A stretch of 64,000 nt of DNA from Eledone cirrhosa (taxonomy: Eukaryota). A model generated the notes under the pieces. It had not been told where the DNA came from. It saw nothing but the letters and a program-made list of their open reading frames with translations, and ran no database searches. Position 1 is the first letter of the stretch; every line of letters begins with the position of its first letter. Positions 48,041 to 62,189 of this stretch are shown one piece after another. The DNA is taken from contig OZ024743.1 in the NCBI GenBank assembly GCA_964016885.1, forward strand, positions 297,228,001 to 297,292,000. The letters are read 5' to 3'. The position numbers were made by a program, and so were the translations under genes.

Positions 48041-49313
48041 ATCATCATCATCATCATCGTTTAACGTCTATCTTCCATGCTTGCATGGGTTTGGACGGGA
48101 GTTTTCCCACTTGAGGCAAGAGTGGTTGTCTTGCTTGCATAGGACTGTCTGGCGGGTTTTTTACGGCTGGATGCCCTTCCTAACACCAACCACGTTTACA
48201 GTGTGGACTGGGAGGTTTTTACCGTGTTACCTACATAGCCACATTACAGCGTGGACTGTGTGTTTTTTGTCGTGACACCTACACAATCTCATTTGTTTCG
48301 GACTGGATGTTGTGGTACCAACATAACTTTACATTGAAAGGGCTGGTGTGGATGGGGTGGGGGTAGTGGGACGAGGGTGTATTTTTGTTAGAGGTGCCTA
48401 CTGACTGTAGTAGGTTTCACTTTGTACTTAGGTAAGGCGGGTCTTCTGTATTACTGTGTAGCACCAAAGATCTCGGTCCAGTGACATTGTCTTGGAGAGG
48501 TGTAAGTGTGTGAGGTCGGAATTTATCAAGTTGTCCCAGGTTTTTCTGGGTCTGCCTACTCCGTGGCTACCGTCTATTTTTATTGCCCTGCACTTTTTTA
48601 TACAGCTGTCGTCTTTCATGCGCATCACGTGACCATACCAACGTAGTCTTCTCTCGAGTAAACAACATCTGATTCCTCTTATTTCTAATTTTTCCCTTAG
48701 TTCATTTATGCTTTTCCGTTCACGTATATTACTATTACACATCCAGCGGAGCATGCAAGCTTCGTTCCTCTCCAGTCTGTGTATATCCTCTGCACACAAT
48801 GCCCAGGTCTCACTGCCATGTAACATTGCTGTTCATATGCAGGCATCATACAGCCTGCCTTTCATTTTTAGAGAGAACCCTTTAGCGGCTAATAGTGGTA
48901 TAAGCTCTCTGAACTTTTTCCAACCAGTTCTGACTCTAGCTACTGTACTTTCAGAGCACCCTCCCCCACTGCTGATTTTGTCACCCAGGTAACGGAAGCT
49001 GTTCACTATTTCTATAGAACCATCTGTGCAATGGAATGAGCTAGTATTCTGTGGGCACTTGCTGCTACTTATTGCACCAGAGCACCGGCCACATATAAAA
49101 TCTATATTCTTAGTTAGCTTACCTGTGATCCCACTACATCTTTTATGCACCCATACTTTGCATTTGGGACATAAAATGGAGTTTCTGCCTACTCCTTTCC
49201 TACACACTGAGCATGGCCATTTCCCAGATGGGACCGGTGCCCTATTTTCCTTCCTACAAACTAGAACTTTAGTCTTAGACAGGTTAATTTTAAGGCCTTT
49301 TGATTCTAGGCCA
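48041..49313 (-). mobile_element. 5'-truncated RTE LINE (family B)
   Basis: ORFs 48833-49420 and 48428-48826 are split by one stop; close to copies 1 and 2; (ATG)n tail. Confidence 0.93.
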
Positions 49314-49729
49314 TATATACAATATATATACACATACAACAACTTTTCACTCCACCCATTTTCGCACCATGCATATATGTTGTGACAGTCAGGCAGAGGG
49401 AGAAACAGATTCTCTTTCATAATATAGATAAATTGAAAGAAATGGGATATTTTTCATATATATGTAATATCCTTACATAAAACAATATCGTATACAAATC
49501 AGGCTGTGGTACAAGTGTTGGCTGAAAAGTTCATAGGCTGACTATCAAGTAGCTGTGAAATCTTGCATGCATTAATTTCAATTTTTCTTATTAATAACTG
49601 CATTGTTTCTTTCCAGGGACTATTTGAAAAATAAATCTCATTTGGTCATTCCATGAGAGTATCTTGGACAGCCTATGAACAGGTCATCTCTAGCATTACT
49701 CAAAATAACTTTGCTAAAAATTAACTTCA

Positions 49730-50190
49730 TTCAAAATGACTTCGCTCAAATTGAATGGAGCCGGATATATCACATCGGATGTCAACGTCCACATAGGAGG
49801 CCATACAGTTAAAACTGCTGACCAATTTTCTTACCTTGTTCCATTTTTGCCAAATGAAGGTACCTATGAAAAGGATATCAATAACAGAATTAAGGCTGCT
49901 TACAGTACATATGGCAGGCTTTTAAACTGAGCCTTTGCTAATCACAGTCTCACTCAAAATGAAAGTTGTGGTTTTTAGAGCAGCTGTCCTCTCAATTTTG
50001 CTTTATGCTAGTAAGATTTAGAGACTATCAACAAAATTAAAAGCTGTTAGAAAGATTCTGGCAAAGAAAACTACATCAGCTCCATCAAATCAATTGGAAT
50101 AATTACATTACAAATAACAAGGTCCTCTGAAGAGCTTCTCTCCCCAACATTGGGGCAATATTACTACTCTATCAACTGCATTGGCTGGGG
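49730..50190 (+). mobile_element. Old RTE/BovB-like LINE fragment
   Basis: QFSYL...EKDINNRIKAAYSTYGRL and downstream LHWLG remnant. Confidence 0.6.
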
Positions 50191-50257
50191 CAGACTGTAC
50201 TCAGCTAAATAAGGGCTAGTCTGATCACGCACCATGATATTCTGATTGTTCTACCAT

Positions 50258-50735
50258 ACTCTGAACACCTTGCTTCCCTGGGCATGGATACATTGAAGCT
50301 CCGACGTCTGGCAACTGACTTGGTAAACACCCACAGAATTATTAACCATCTTGCCAACGACAACCCTGAGCACCTTTTTGATTTCCATTTGTCTAATACA
50401 CGCGGGCATGCCTACAAAGTCAGAAAACAGCACAGCTCCCATGACGTTTGGAAACATTTTTTCATGCTCAGAGTTGCTGAAGCATGGAACAAACTACCTG
50501 CATCAGTTGTTAGCCGTCAGTACACTGCATCCTTTAAAACCTCCATGCTTCCTGAGATTCACCAACACTACACCTGATGTCCCCCCCCCCCCATACACAC
50601 CCACACATGTATTTCATGACTCGTACACTGTTCATTTTCCTGACATTTGTACATTATTCTATGTACTATACATGCACCTTTGATGAGTTGTAGTGCACCT
50701 GAGCACTGTACACAATAATTCCATTATATTATTAC
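50258..50735 (+). mobile_element. CR1-like LINE 3' end
   Basis: TLKLRRL...DLV...NTRGHAYKV...FFMLRVAEAWNKLPASVV...FK; short (ATT)-like tail. Confidence 0.85.
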
Positions 50736-51224
50736 ATTAAGGGCATAGAGATTTGTGGAATACTCAGGCACTTACACAATATTTCAAAGAGTAGGCATTT
50801 CAGTTGATTGAACAACCGAAATATTATATACACACACATAAACATGTTTGTGTGTTGGTGTGTGTATATATACTAACTTTAACCTTAACCTTAATTTTAG
50901 ATCTCATGTATTCAACCTTTTATATCTTTCTACACCTCTATCTGCACCTAAATGAACAATAAAACACAAAACGCATTCTGTTTTTAAACATGGTTTATCT
51001 CATTTATTGTATTTTATTACATTCTAACCTCCCTCTCTTCACTCCTTATAGCTTACACTTCTTAATTTTCCCTAGACTGCGCACACTTTAAAAAACTGCA
51101 CAATCCATTATACATACAAATTCACATATCATACAAATCAGAAACACAATGCTAAACAAAACAAGATATGGAGGGCATGAGACACTGTTTCAGTTAGTAT
51201 ACATCCATATACATCCATATACAT

Positions 51225-51425
<201 letters not shown>

Positions 51426-51669
51426 TACATACATAGCTGAGTATCAAAGAAACAGAAAAGGTGCGGTTAGTTAGGTAGTTACAAATACACTCCATTAACG
51501 AAAGAAATATAGTGTGTAATAACTGCATATGCACATGTATAGATACAGAAACATATACACGTGCACACGTATAACTCAAAAGATACAGATCTACATATTC
51601 AATAACACCCACTCCTGCACACACTCGCACACAAACACATGCAGACATACATACATATTTACCTAATGT

Positions 51670-52830
51670 ATAAGCCCCATAGACTTTTCAGGGTATCCCG
51701 GCTTCAAGAGAATACTTTAAAGGGCTTGCCTATTGACAATGGCAAAGGCCTTTGTGAAATCAATAAACAATTGTACAAATGAACCTGTTGTTCCTTACAC
51801 TTCACTTGCATCCTCTGTGCAGTGAAGATCATATCTGTAGTGCACCGATATGGACAGAAAACACACTGAAATTCCAACAGAATGTTAGGTGCAATGTGCA
51901 ATGTGCATGAACAAATGATTAAGAAGAATCATGGCAAAGATTTTACCAACAATTGATAGTCAAGAGATCCCATGGTAGTTGTCACAAACATCATTAGGTC
52001 CCTTCTTGAAGAGGAAGATGAGAATTGCATTCTTCCAGTCCTATTGAACTGCATCCTTCAACTACACTGGTGGTGTATGGTATGCAACAGATGTTTACTT
52101 CAGAACCTCCTTGTGGCACTATTTCAGTCACTACACCATATTACCCAGGTCCTTTGCCAGTGATCATTTGTCTCACTGTAGTCCTAACTTGTTCCGATGT
52201 GAGAGGATCATCAAGCTAGTTAATAATGTCAGTATTATGTGATATGATTTATCACAGCAACATGAATCTTTGGCTGCTTGGAGTTCATTTGTTTTACATT
52301 GTTTGAAAGTCTGCTGCCAAAATTTTCCCATTATATGATGACCTATGCTGCTCCATGTAGAAGAATCACATCAAACAAGAACATTCAAATCATCCAACAC
52401 TACAAGTTTGTCATCCCTATTTACATTTTTCAAGACTATTTGCAGATTCGCGTAAAATTTATCTATTTCTTCTTGAAGAGTTATAAGATTTGGAAAGTAC
52501 ATACTGACCAAAGTCATTAAGCGGTTAAAGTGAAGCGGCCACTTAAGTGTCATAATCTGATTGGAGACACCATGCAAAAGCTCTGCCAGATGTTGCACCA
52601 GATAGTTTTTTAGAGCAAAACTGACTCCGGTTTCATGATGCTCATTTTCTGCTTGATCTTTGTAGAATAAGGTGTATCTTGAGTCTGGCCATCCTCAGGT
52701 AGTCATGTTTCAGAGAGAGAGCAACAATATCCAGTTGATACTGATGTAACTCTTTACAGATAAGCACAGTTCGGCGTTCAGGATGATTTAAGCCTAGCAA
52801 ATCCATTTTACGAGATGTATTAAAGAAGTA
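51670..52830 (-). mobile_element. Decayed RTE/BovB-like LINE (APE and RT remnants)
   Basis: EEIDKFYANLQ...KLVVLDDLN and CTTDMIFTAQRMQVKCKEQ remnants. Confidence 0.7.
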
Positions 52831-53552
52831 TTTTGTCCATTGTTTGTCTTATTAGTCATTTCATTCGTTTTCATTACAAGTCTTTTACCTACATAAGTAA
52901 ACAGTGCCAGCCACACATTGCTGGTCAGCTTAGATATAGTCAAGTTTTGTTTAGACCACCTTTTCTAGGCCCCTCCTGGCTAGCAGGTGAGCAATGTTAT
53001 CCATGGAAAGGGCTGCTCAGTCAATTGGGTTGCTGCTGAATCATACCATTGCCTATATTTGAAGACAAAACATCCAATATCCCAAGTCATCTATGTGTAA
53101 GTTTGCGACTTATGTCCTTCCAGTTTGTTAGGCCTGTACAAATCACAGCTCTGCTCATCACCATAGCTCTTTTGAATGAAAGATTCTTTATTATCCATTC
53201 AAGGAGAAATTCCTGAACATGAATTTGATTGTAGTAGACATGTCTTGCGCAGAACCCCACCCACTTTTCAGACAAAACCAGCAGAAGAATCCAATGACCC
53301 AACATAAGTAGGGATGACCAGAAACTGATTCATTTTCAGATTTTCTATCAGAGTTTTCCTCCTCTAGTAAACTTTGATGGGTTTCATTTTTCCCACCACA
53401 GGAATTTCAAAAATCACCTCCCTCACAAAGTTAGCTTGACAAGGTTGCCAATTTAGATGCTGACAATCCTACCATGCAACAAGCTGTATTAGGTTACATG
53501 TTACCAGTAGCACTTGAGAGCGACCTGACATACATACATGCATACATACATA

Positions 53553-54050
53553 CTGGTGGAATGTTCCAGTCAAAAACACTAACAAAATGCAAACATAACA
53601 GACCAGACATAGTGATATGGGACAAAGAAAAAAGAAAGATATGCACAGTAGTGGAAATCAGCTGTCCTGCTAAAGATCAATGAAAAGGAAGAAATTTATG
53701 CAGATACTCCACCCTGACTATACCTTTAATAATTAGGGTTCAGGGATATGTTACTAACTGCATTAGTATGAATCTTGAGAAGATGGGCTTCATAGAACCA
53801 GATAGGGCACGGCTAGTTAAGACGTTGCAAGTACAGTCCATTAGTGGAACTATAAAAATATGTAAAATATTTCAGAAATCCAGCATGTAATAACTACATA
53901 TACACATATATAGATACAGAAACATATGCACATGTACATATAACTCAAAACATTCAGATCCACACATGCAATAACATGCATGTCTGCACACATGCATACA
54001 TACACAAACACATACAGACATACATGTATATTTACCTAATTGATGTTGTC
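53553..54050 (+). mobile_element. Second R4/Dong-like RLE LINE 3' fragment
   Basis: KCKHNRPDIVIWDKEK..CTVVEISCP; homologous to 30445-30950. Confidence 0.75.
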
Positions 54051-55019
54051 TAAATACATACATACACACACAAACACACTCACTCACAATCCTGTCAAAA
54101 TAGATCACATGAAAAAATAACTAGTATAGAAATTTTTAAATCAACACTCACTGTAAATGAGGTTGGTGTTAGGAAGGGTATCCAGCTGTACAAATCAAGC
54201 CAGAATCAGTTCCCGTATGAGCGAGACAAGGTCAGCAGACCGGACACTGCCCACAACAGGACAACCCATCTAACCCATGCTAGCATGGAAGAAAGGACGT
54301 AAAATGGTGATGATGATGATGATGATGATGATAATTCATCCAACCACTCATTTCCCTTACTAGCAAACTTTATGACCCTCACTTATTCCTACACATTATA
54401 ATCCAGAATCTTGTCTATTAAAATCAATACATTTCATCAGCATCCTTCTTAAATTATAACCATGTATGTTGCTTATAATAAAATGTATACAGCTTGAGAA
54501 TATTCAATAATAGCAAAGAATTATTCAAAAATCAAAATCAATTGCTTTTGTTTTCCATAAGAGCCAAATTTGATTCCAGGAATTTTTTTCTTATCATCAC
54601 ACGTTCATATTATCAAAATTCATATTATCAAAAATATTTTACAAATGATGAAATACTATTTTATCAATTTCAGATATTTCTACTACTACTATAAATAGCC
54701 TCTGCTCCTCAGTTCTGGCTGGTTCCAGGGCATCTCCACTCAAGCATTCTTAACTTACTTGTTTTTCCTCCTCACATCAACCATGTTGTGTTCAACCCAC
54801 CAGACCCTGCATTAACAATTTCACCTACTCCTTCCTGCCCAGAATATCATCCCTTTGGAAATCCTTCCCGCCTCATGTCTTTCTTACAGATGTTGACTTC
54901 CAACAGTTTTTTGTGGATTGTCAACAGCATCAATCTTACCAGTTTTGAAGGGCCTGGAAATGCTATGAGAACTGTCCCTTTCTCCAGACCTTCTTCTACA
55001 CCTATTTATTTCTGAGAGG

Positions 55020-55900
55020 GTCATGGGGGAAGAGTCCTCAAACACTCCTTCTACCAGATCCTGTCAGAAGCAAGCATCACCAACTGATCCAGCTGCATCC
55101 CCAAGTGAGACCAGCTGAGCTCATTGATGTTATCCAACCATCTTGCTCGGGGTTTACCCCTGGGTGTCTTGCTGGTTGGTTTTGCCCATAAAATCTGTCC
55201 AGTTATTTTTTCCTGAGACATTCTAGCCACATGCCCATAGTATCAGAGCTGTGATCTTTCAATTCAGAGAAGTATTGGCTCTACCTGGAGTACTTCTCTG
55301 ATCTAGCTACATACTCTATTGGGTATCATGGAGGAACCCCATTTTGGCCACTGGTATTTGTGATCATATTCTTTCATTCATTACCCAAGATTCATGACAA
55401 TAGGTAAGGGTTGGCACAAATACCAAATTGAAGATAGTGAGTTTGGCTTTTACACCTACCCACCTTCTTCTGATTACTGAATGCTGAAGCTGACACATTA
55501 CTGCACCAGCTCCTGCAATTCTTGCACTTAATTCAGCCTCCTGCCTTCCATCACTCGCGAACATAGCCCCGAGATACTTGAACTTCACTACCTGCTTCAG
55601 TGGAACTCCATTTACATGTAGAGTGCACTGTGCAGGCTTCCTTGAGAGGATGAGTGTCTCAGTTTTTGCAGCACTGATTTTCATTCCAGCTATGCACCAC
55701 TCAGCATCAAACCTATCAGTACACGCTGGAGATCAGCTACTGTCGAGTTAAGAAACACCATGTCATCTGCAAATTCCAGCCGACTGATTTTACACCTGCC
55801 AGTCATGATGCCACTTCCATCCCGGCTGTGCATGTCAATCCTGTTCCTGGAAATAATGAACAGGAGAAGTGACAGTACGCATCCTTGGCAGAGTCCGACC
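55020..55900 (-). mobile_element. Rex3/Expander-like RTE LINE fragment
   Basis: KISAAKTETLILSRK...FKYLGAMFASDGRQEAELSARI...KAKLTIFNLVFVPTLTYCHESWVMNER resembles the Rex3-type RT C-terminus. Confidence 0.75.
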
Positions 55901-56398
55901 TAACAAAATATAAAAACATTCCTTACCCAAATTTCCCTTTAAGTTTTCATTACCTATATCAAGAAAATTAATGAGGGAGAGAAAATATGATTGCCCAACA
56001 TACTAAAAATAGCAGCTAAATCTCCATCAAATCTCACTCTACCAGCTTAAAAGAAAGGAGACATTGGATAATGTAGTCATAGCTGCAACCACCACTGTCA
56101 TCATCATCCTCATTGAACATCATATATTTTGTTTGTAAACAGATGAAGGGATAACTCTGGCCGAAACACCTTTAATCAAAGGACTGCTCTATCAGGGTTA
56201 ATACAGATCTAAAAGAAAAAAGAAAATAAGAAAAATGTAAATTACTCTCTTTGAAGTTTGTGATAATTGCATTTAATTGTACACTTCAACCTATTTCTTC
56301 TCACATTCACACACACACATCCACACACACACACATCCACACACACACTTCAATTACTTTATTTATTTCCATTATATTTATATTAGTATACTGCCAAT

Positions 56399-56748
56399 GG
56401 AGGCACATGGCTTAGTGGTTAGAGCATTGGCTTTGCAATCGAAAGGTTGTGAATTCAATTATCAGACCAGGTGATGTGTTGTTTCCTTGAGTAAGACACT
56501 TTATTTCACATTGCTCCAGTTTACTCAGCTGTAGAAATGAGATGATAGAACTGGGGTCCCTATCATTCCACTGCAAAGTGGTCATGGAGGTGCCACGGCA
56601 AAAAAGCACCCAGCACTCGCTGTAAATGAGGTTGGTGTTAGGAAGGGCATCCAGCTGTAGAAATCAAGCCAGAATCAGTTCCTGAATCAATCCCACCCTT
56701 GCAAGCAGGGAAAAAGCGGACGTAAAATGAAATGATGATGATGATGAT
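56399..56748 (+). mobile_element. Full-length SINE family 2
   Basis: tRNA head, central domain, RTE-like tail ACCCTTGCAAGCAGGGAAAAAGCGGACGTAAAATG + (ATG)n. Confidence 0.88.
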
Positions 56749-57002
56749 ACTGACTTACAACTCCAAGACTCCAAAAATGAGCACACTATACCTTAGAACA
56801 AGGGTTCTCAATCTAGGAAAAATTTACCCCTCGATAATAAATTTCCTCACATTTTGGTGTAAATTTAATGATTCTGACTTTTTCTTTTCCTCAATTATAA
56901 TTAAAAGTAATCTGAATCTGATTAGAAAAAGTGATGTAGGCCTATTTTATTTATTAAAATTCTTATTTCTTTTCTATCTGCCATTTTAGACTTAATAATC
57001 TA

Positions 57003-57150
57003 CTAGCAGAATGGCCCGGCATTGCTCGGGATTTGCTCTAGGGTTCTTATATATTTGATATATATTTATCCTTATCGAGCCTCGTGAAATAAATACGTTT
57101 GTTTATATTTTGTTATTGTGTATGCAAAAATATCTGTACACGAATATATC

Positions 57151-57203
<53 letters not shown>

Positions 57204-58610
57204 CAGTACAGAGAAGTACGGAATACCTCGGCCTCGGGATGGTGTCTACATTTTGTGCTTATAAAAAAAATTTGTCGTAGATTACCAGGGTTTTTTTCCG
57301 TGCGAAGAAAATCAATACTTTATCGCGAAATAAATACTTTTGTTTATATTTTGTTATTATGTATGCAAAATTGATATATATTTATCCTTATCAAGCCTTG
57401 TGAAATAAATACGTTTGTTTATATTTTGTTATTGTGTATGCAAAAATATCTGTACACGAATATATAATTATATATATATATATATATATATATCTTTCAT
57501 TATTTGCCACAGGGGCGTACAAAAATGGGACATTACAAGACGTGACAGTGGGGGTTTTACATAAAAATAACTTTAACATTAATAAATAATAATAAACTAT
57601 ATAAAATAATTGTTTCTACTAAACTATATAAAATAATAATTGAAATCCCCAATAGGGGGGAACGTTACTGCAGGGTTGTTTTACACCCCGTGGATAGAAC
57701 AACCCTCAACACCAGGAACACATTTTGTAGGTGTTCCTGTCTTCCCTCTGTTTATCTTCCTCAACTTACAGGTTTATATACAGAGAAGGCCCATTCACTC
57801 GGGCCATTTTTGCCACATTCACCCACCTTTCAGCGAATTTACTGGGGTGTAGCACTTCTCTCTCCACTCTCATCTTCCTTCTGAAGTAATACTTAAAGAA
57901 GGGGATAAGTTGTTGTCCGGAGAGAAAGGTGTTTTCCCTCAGTCATTTTAACCTCATCCACCATATTACCTCTTTCACCATAGCCACCAGACAGAGGAAA
58001 ACCGCCTCTCCATTCTTAAATGAAGGCGGCGGGGTGATCCTCACGATGGACTCAGCTGACAACTGGATGCGTCCCACACGTGACAGCAGCTGTCCGACAT
58101 AATTCCCCAGGTCGGTCAGCCCTGGGCACTGAACAATTGCGTGCAGAACGGTTTCAATGTCCTGCTCGCATCTTGGACAGGATCTCTGTCAAGGTGTCTA
58201 TGCCTGTAGATTTTGTCTCAAACTGGTAGAGCTCCTCGGTAGCACTGCCAGGCCAGAGACTTCTGGAAGTTATCCATAGGCCCTGGACGGAAAGTCCTCC
58301 CGAACAGACCGGTCAGTTTGTCCTCCTCATTGCCTATAGTTTCCCTGAGAACGTCGTCGCACTTATCCTCCACTAATCCCCTATAGAATGTCGAAGTGGA
58401 GTCTCCGCTGATTGCCGTTTCCGCTTGGTGGAGGGCTGTGAGCGCCTGTAGGCACTCGAACAGTACAGAGAAGTACAGAATACCTCAGCCTCGGGATGGA
58501 GTCTAAATTTTGTGCTTATAAAAAAAATTTGTTGTACATTACCAGGGTTTTTTTTCCGTGCGGTCCCTAGGGCATTGAAAATTAAAAATTTTTTTTGCTC
58601 AAAACACACA
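57003..58610 (-). mobile_element. Non-autonomous Helitron (3' end at 57003), rearranged
   Basis: Minus strand ends CCCGAGCAATGCCGGG hairpin - 8 nt - CTAG|T; internal direct repeats 57056-57150/57372-57465 and 57202-57303/58459-58563; 5' end not identified. Confidence 0.65.
57493..58375 (-). mobile_element. L1/Tx1-clade LINE 3' fragment nested in the Helitron
   Basis: SLAWQCYRGALPV*DKIYRH, frameshift, then CPRCEQDIETVLHAIVQCP (zf-RVT CCHC); tail abuts (TA)n. Confidence 0.78.
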
Positions 58611-59689
58611 ATGTCCATATTCCACACTAGCATGGGTAGGACGGGCTGTCTCTTTTGTGAGAGATCTGGTCGAGGATCATGTTTCACTCACACAAGGCTG
58701 ATTTGGGCTTGGATTCTACGGCTGGATGCCCTTCCTAATGCCAACCACATTTACAGTGTGTGCTTGGTGCTTTTTTGTCGTGACACCTACATGACCACTT
58801 TACAGTGTAGACTGGGCACTTTTTATCGGTCACCATGACGACCACTTTACAGGGTGGGCTGGAGGCTTTGTTGGATGTATACTTCAGCTAGTCCTCAGAG
58901 GAGATGTATAGGAGTGGATGGGGAGGGGTGGGTGGTGTGTATTATATATATGCTTCAGCTATGGCCTGTGCTTGCAGGAATTCGGGTCTTCTATATTACC
59001 ATAAGGTGTTGTGAGGGTGACACCACAGAAAGCACCCTGTAAGGTGGTTGTGCTGGTGACATGTCAAAAAGCACCTAGCCCATCATGGAAGGTGGTTATG
59101 ATGGTGACATGACAAAAAGCACCCAGTCCATCCTGTTAAGTGGTTTTTCAGTGCTTCAATAAAAAGCACCCAGTCCATACTGTAATATGGTTGACATTAG
59201 GAAGTGCATCCAACTGTAGGAACCAAGCCTAAATACAGATCTGTATAAGCAAGATATGGTCACCTGACTTAAATTGTCACATAACTTCTAATCAACACAA
59301 GTGTGGAAAATGGCTGTTAAATGATGATGATGATGATGGCATTTAACTGTTTTCCCTTTGCTACTTGTTGTATGATGGTAGAAATGTAAACTCAAATTAG
59401 TGAAAAAAACAGGATGTGGGAAAATTTATTTTAAAAAAATTGCCATGAAGTAAACAGAACAAAATGGTTGAGAACTCTTGCTTCATGAACTACAACCATA
59501 TATGAAATTCTTACAATGATTTGTCAAGTTTTCTTTTTATCTGTTTAATTCATTTGATGGTTTTTCTTTATAAAGTTCAATTATTATTTCATGATGATGA
59601 GCTAAAATAGTTATTACATCAACAAATGTATGGTTCTCTCAAGAAAATCATGGTGTAAATTTGATATAGTATTTTTGTTTTTCATCATC

Positions 59690-60022
59690 ATCATTTCATT
59701 TTCATTTCATTTTACGTCCGCTTTTTCCCTGCTTGCAAGGGTGGGACGGGAACTGATTCTGGCTTGATTTCTACAGCTGGATGCCCTTCCTAACACCAAC
59801 CTCATTTACAGTGAGTGCTGGGTGCTTTTTTGCCGTGGCACCTCCACGACCACTTTGCAGTGGAATGATATGGACCCCAGTCCCTATCATCTCATTTCTA
59901 CAGCTGAGTAAACTGGAGCAATGTGAAATAAAGTGTCTTGCTCAAGGAAACAACACATCACCCGGTCTGAGAATTGAACTCACAACCTTTCGATTGCAAG
60001 GCCAATGCTCTAACCACTAAGC
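59690..60022 (-). mobile_element. SINE family 2
   Basis: Reverse complement of 56399-56748. Confidence 0.88.
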
Positions 60023-62049
60023 TACCTATACAAAATGATTTATTCTTCACAAAAAAATAATAATCATTTCAAAATAACATGCTATTATCTTTGTGGTGGA
60101 AGCTCATAGAGTCCATAAAAATACATATATTTTGGCATTCTTAGCAGTTTTACTTGACAGTCAATATTATGAAATATTATGAACCATTTCATAGTATTGT
60201 AGAATTACTAAAAGCAACACCATTAAGAAATGATATGTCATCTCTGGCAGCATTTATCTTCAATCTTTTAGCTATTTATGTCATTTAGTTAGCCTTAAGA
60301 AAGAAATAATTACATTTCTATATAAGAATGTTGATTTCTCTTTCCTTTTCCACCACAACTCAGTCCACATATTGGTCAGTTCAACTGTTTACCATTCTAT
60401 GTTACTCTGATCAAGCAGCTTATAGCTTACTTTAGAGCTGATGTAATCTCTATTGATTCAACAGCTTTTTCAATCTCAGATTATATAAACCGATGGTCTG
60501 TTATTCACAAGTATATGATGTACAGATTGGAATGAGCTGCTCAAGCAACACATTACGATTTATGAAAAGTTACATTAAAAGTAGATAATACCAACCATGG
60601 TAAATACATTAATAACTGTTTCTGTTCGATATTCTATAATGTTTATTTTAAGAATTACAAAAATAAATCCTTTCTTTTATCCAACTTAAGAAGTAATAGC
60701 TTTTTCTTTGTGTAACAGTTTATACGACATATGGTTAACGGTTATTGGATGAAGAAATACCAAGAGGAAGGAAGCCATAGTAGAAGACCAAGAAAGAAAT
60801 GAGCAGATGTAGTGAATGTTGATCTCAAGATACTAAACTTCACAAAGGAGATGACAAAGGAAAGGAACATGTAGAAAAATGGTGTGCTAGAGAGGGCACC
60901 TTTAACCCATACAAACACGGAAAAACAACATTGATGATGATATTTCTTATTAAAATCAATTTAGTGCTAAAAAACATGTATTACTATAAAGCTGAATTAA
61001 AAGAAAATAACCAGAACCTTCCAAATATCCTAAATAAAATGTGCCTCAAAAATCACAATTTTGTGGCTTCCTTTTGCTGATTAATGAAATTGTTACCTAA
61101 ACTGACTTCTGTGGTACCCAAGGGTTCAGCAAAACAAAATTCTCCTTTTCCATGAGATATGGTATTTTGACTGAAATTTGATAAAAATAAATGTTATGTT
61201 TTGTTCTCTCTGAATAATTCTTTCACTAAAACATTTTTTGTGTTATTTAATGCCTTCTTAAAATTAACATGGTGAGTATTCACCAAATCCACATCAGTGT
61301 CATCAGTATCATCATTGTTTAATGTCCATTTTTCCATGTTGGCTTGTGTGTGTGTGTGGGGGGGGGTAGTGTTGTCACAAATTAAGTGAGTACTTATCCT
61401 GAGCTACTGTCACCCATAGCCCACATCTCCATTGCATACATTAAAGTTTTGGCATGGTTTCTACAGTTAGATGACCTTCCTATCACCAGCCACACCTCTC
61501 TATCACTTTCCTCTACTATAATCTTCTTACACCACCTTCTTCTTCTCACCCGTCTATTTTTCACTCCCACCCTAGTATCTTCAGCATGCCCAATCTCAAA
61601 TCTTTTCTCCGCCAGATCCATTACACATACACAACCCATGCTAGCGTGGAAGAACGGACGTAAAACGGTGATGATGATGATGATGATGATGACACTCTTA
61701 TAATAATATAGTTTTGCTCATAGCTTCATACTTACAAGCACACACACACTCTTTTACATATACACACACATATCTTCTTAGCTTCGTACGGACGTATAAT
61801 AACACACACAGACACACACATGCATACGCATGAGCACAAGTATAGCTCTTTATACAAAACGTTTTTTTTCCATTTCAGGTAGACACGCTCCATCATCCAT
61901 GTTTCTAAAAAAATAAATCACACACAAAACGCTAGCATCAACAGTTTTGCAAGAGATGTCAACATGAATGGACCTGTTATTTTTATCTAAAGACATTTTT
62001 TCCGATTCCACCCTGCCCGTCCCTTCAATCTATCTTATTTCTCATTCTT

Positions 62050-62085
62050 TCTTCTGATGAAGGACTAGCGTCCGAAACGTTAAGA
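62050..62085 (+). ncRNA. Minimal type I hammerhead ribozyme
   Basis: TCTT-CTGATGA-A-GGAC-TAGC-GTCC-GAAA-CG-TT-AAGA; stem III reduced to the palindrome ACGT; GUU site. Confidence 0.88.
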
Positions 62086-62189
62086 CCCTCTTTCTGTTAT
62101 TTCAAGCATTAACCTAATATATTCCTTCCATATACTGTACCAACTGTGTTGGTATTTCTGTTTACCTTTTACATACATATATATATATA

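Noticed and set aside
56140-56175. CAGATGAAGGG...CCGAAAC hammerhead-like motif
   Set aside because: Core altered, and stems I and III do not pair convincingly.
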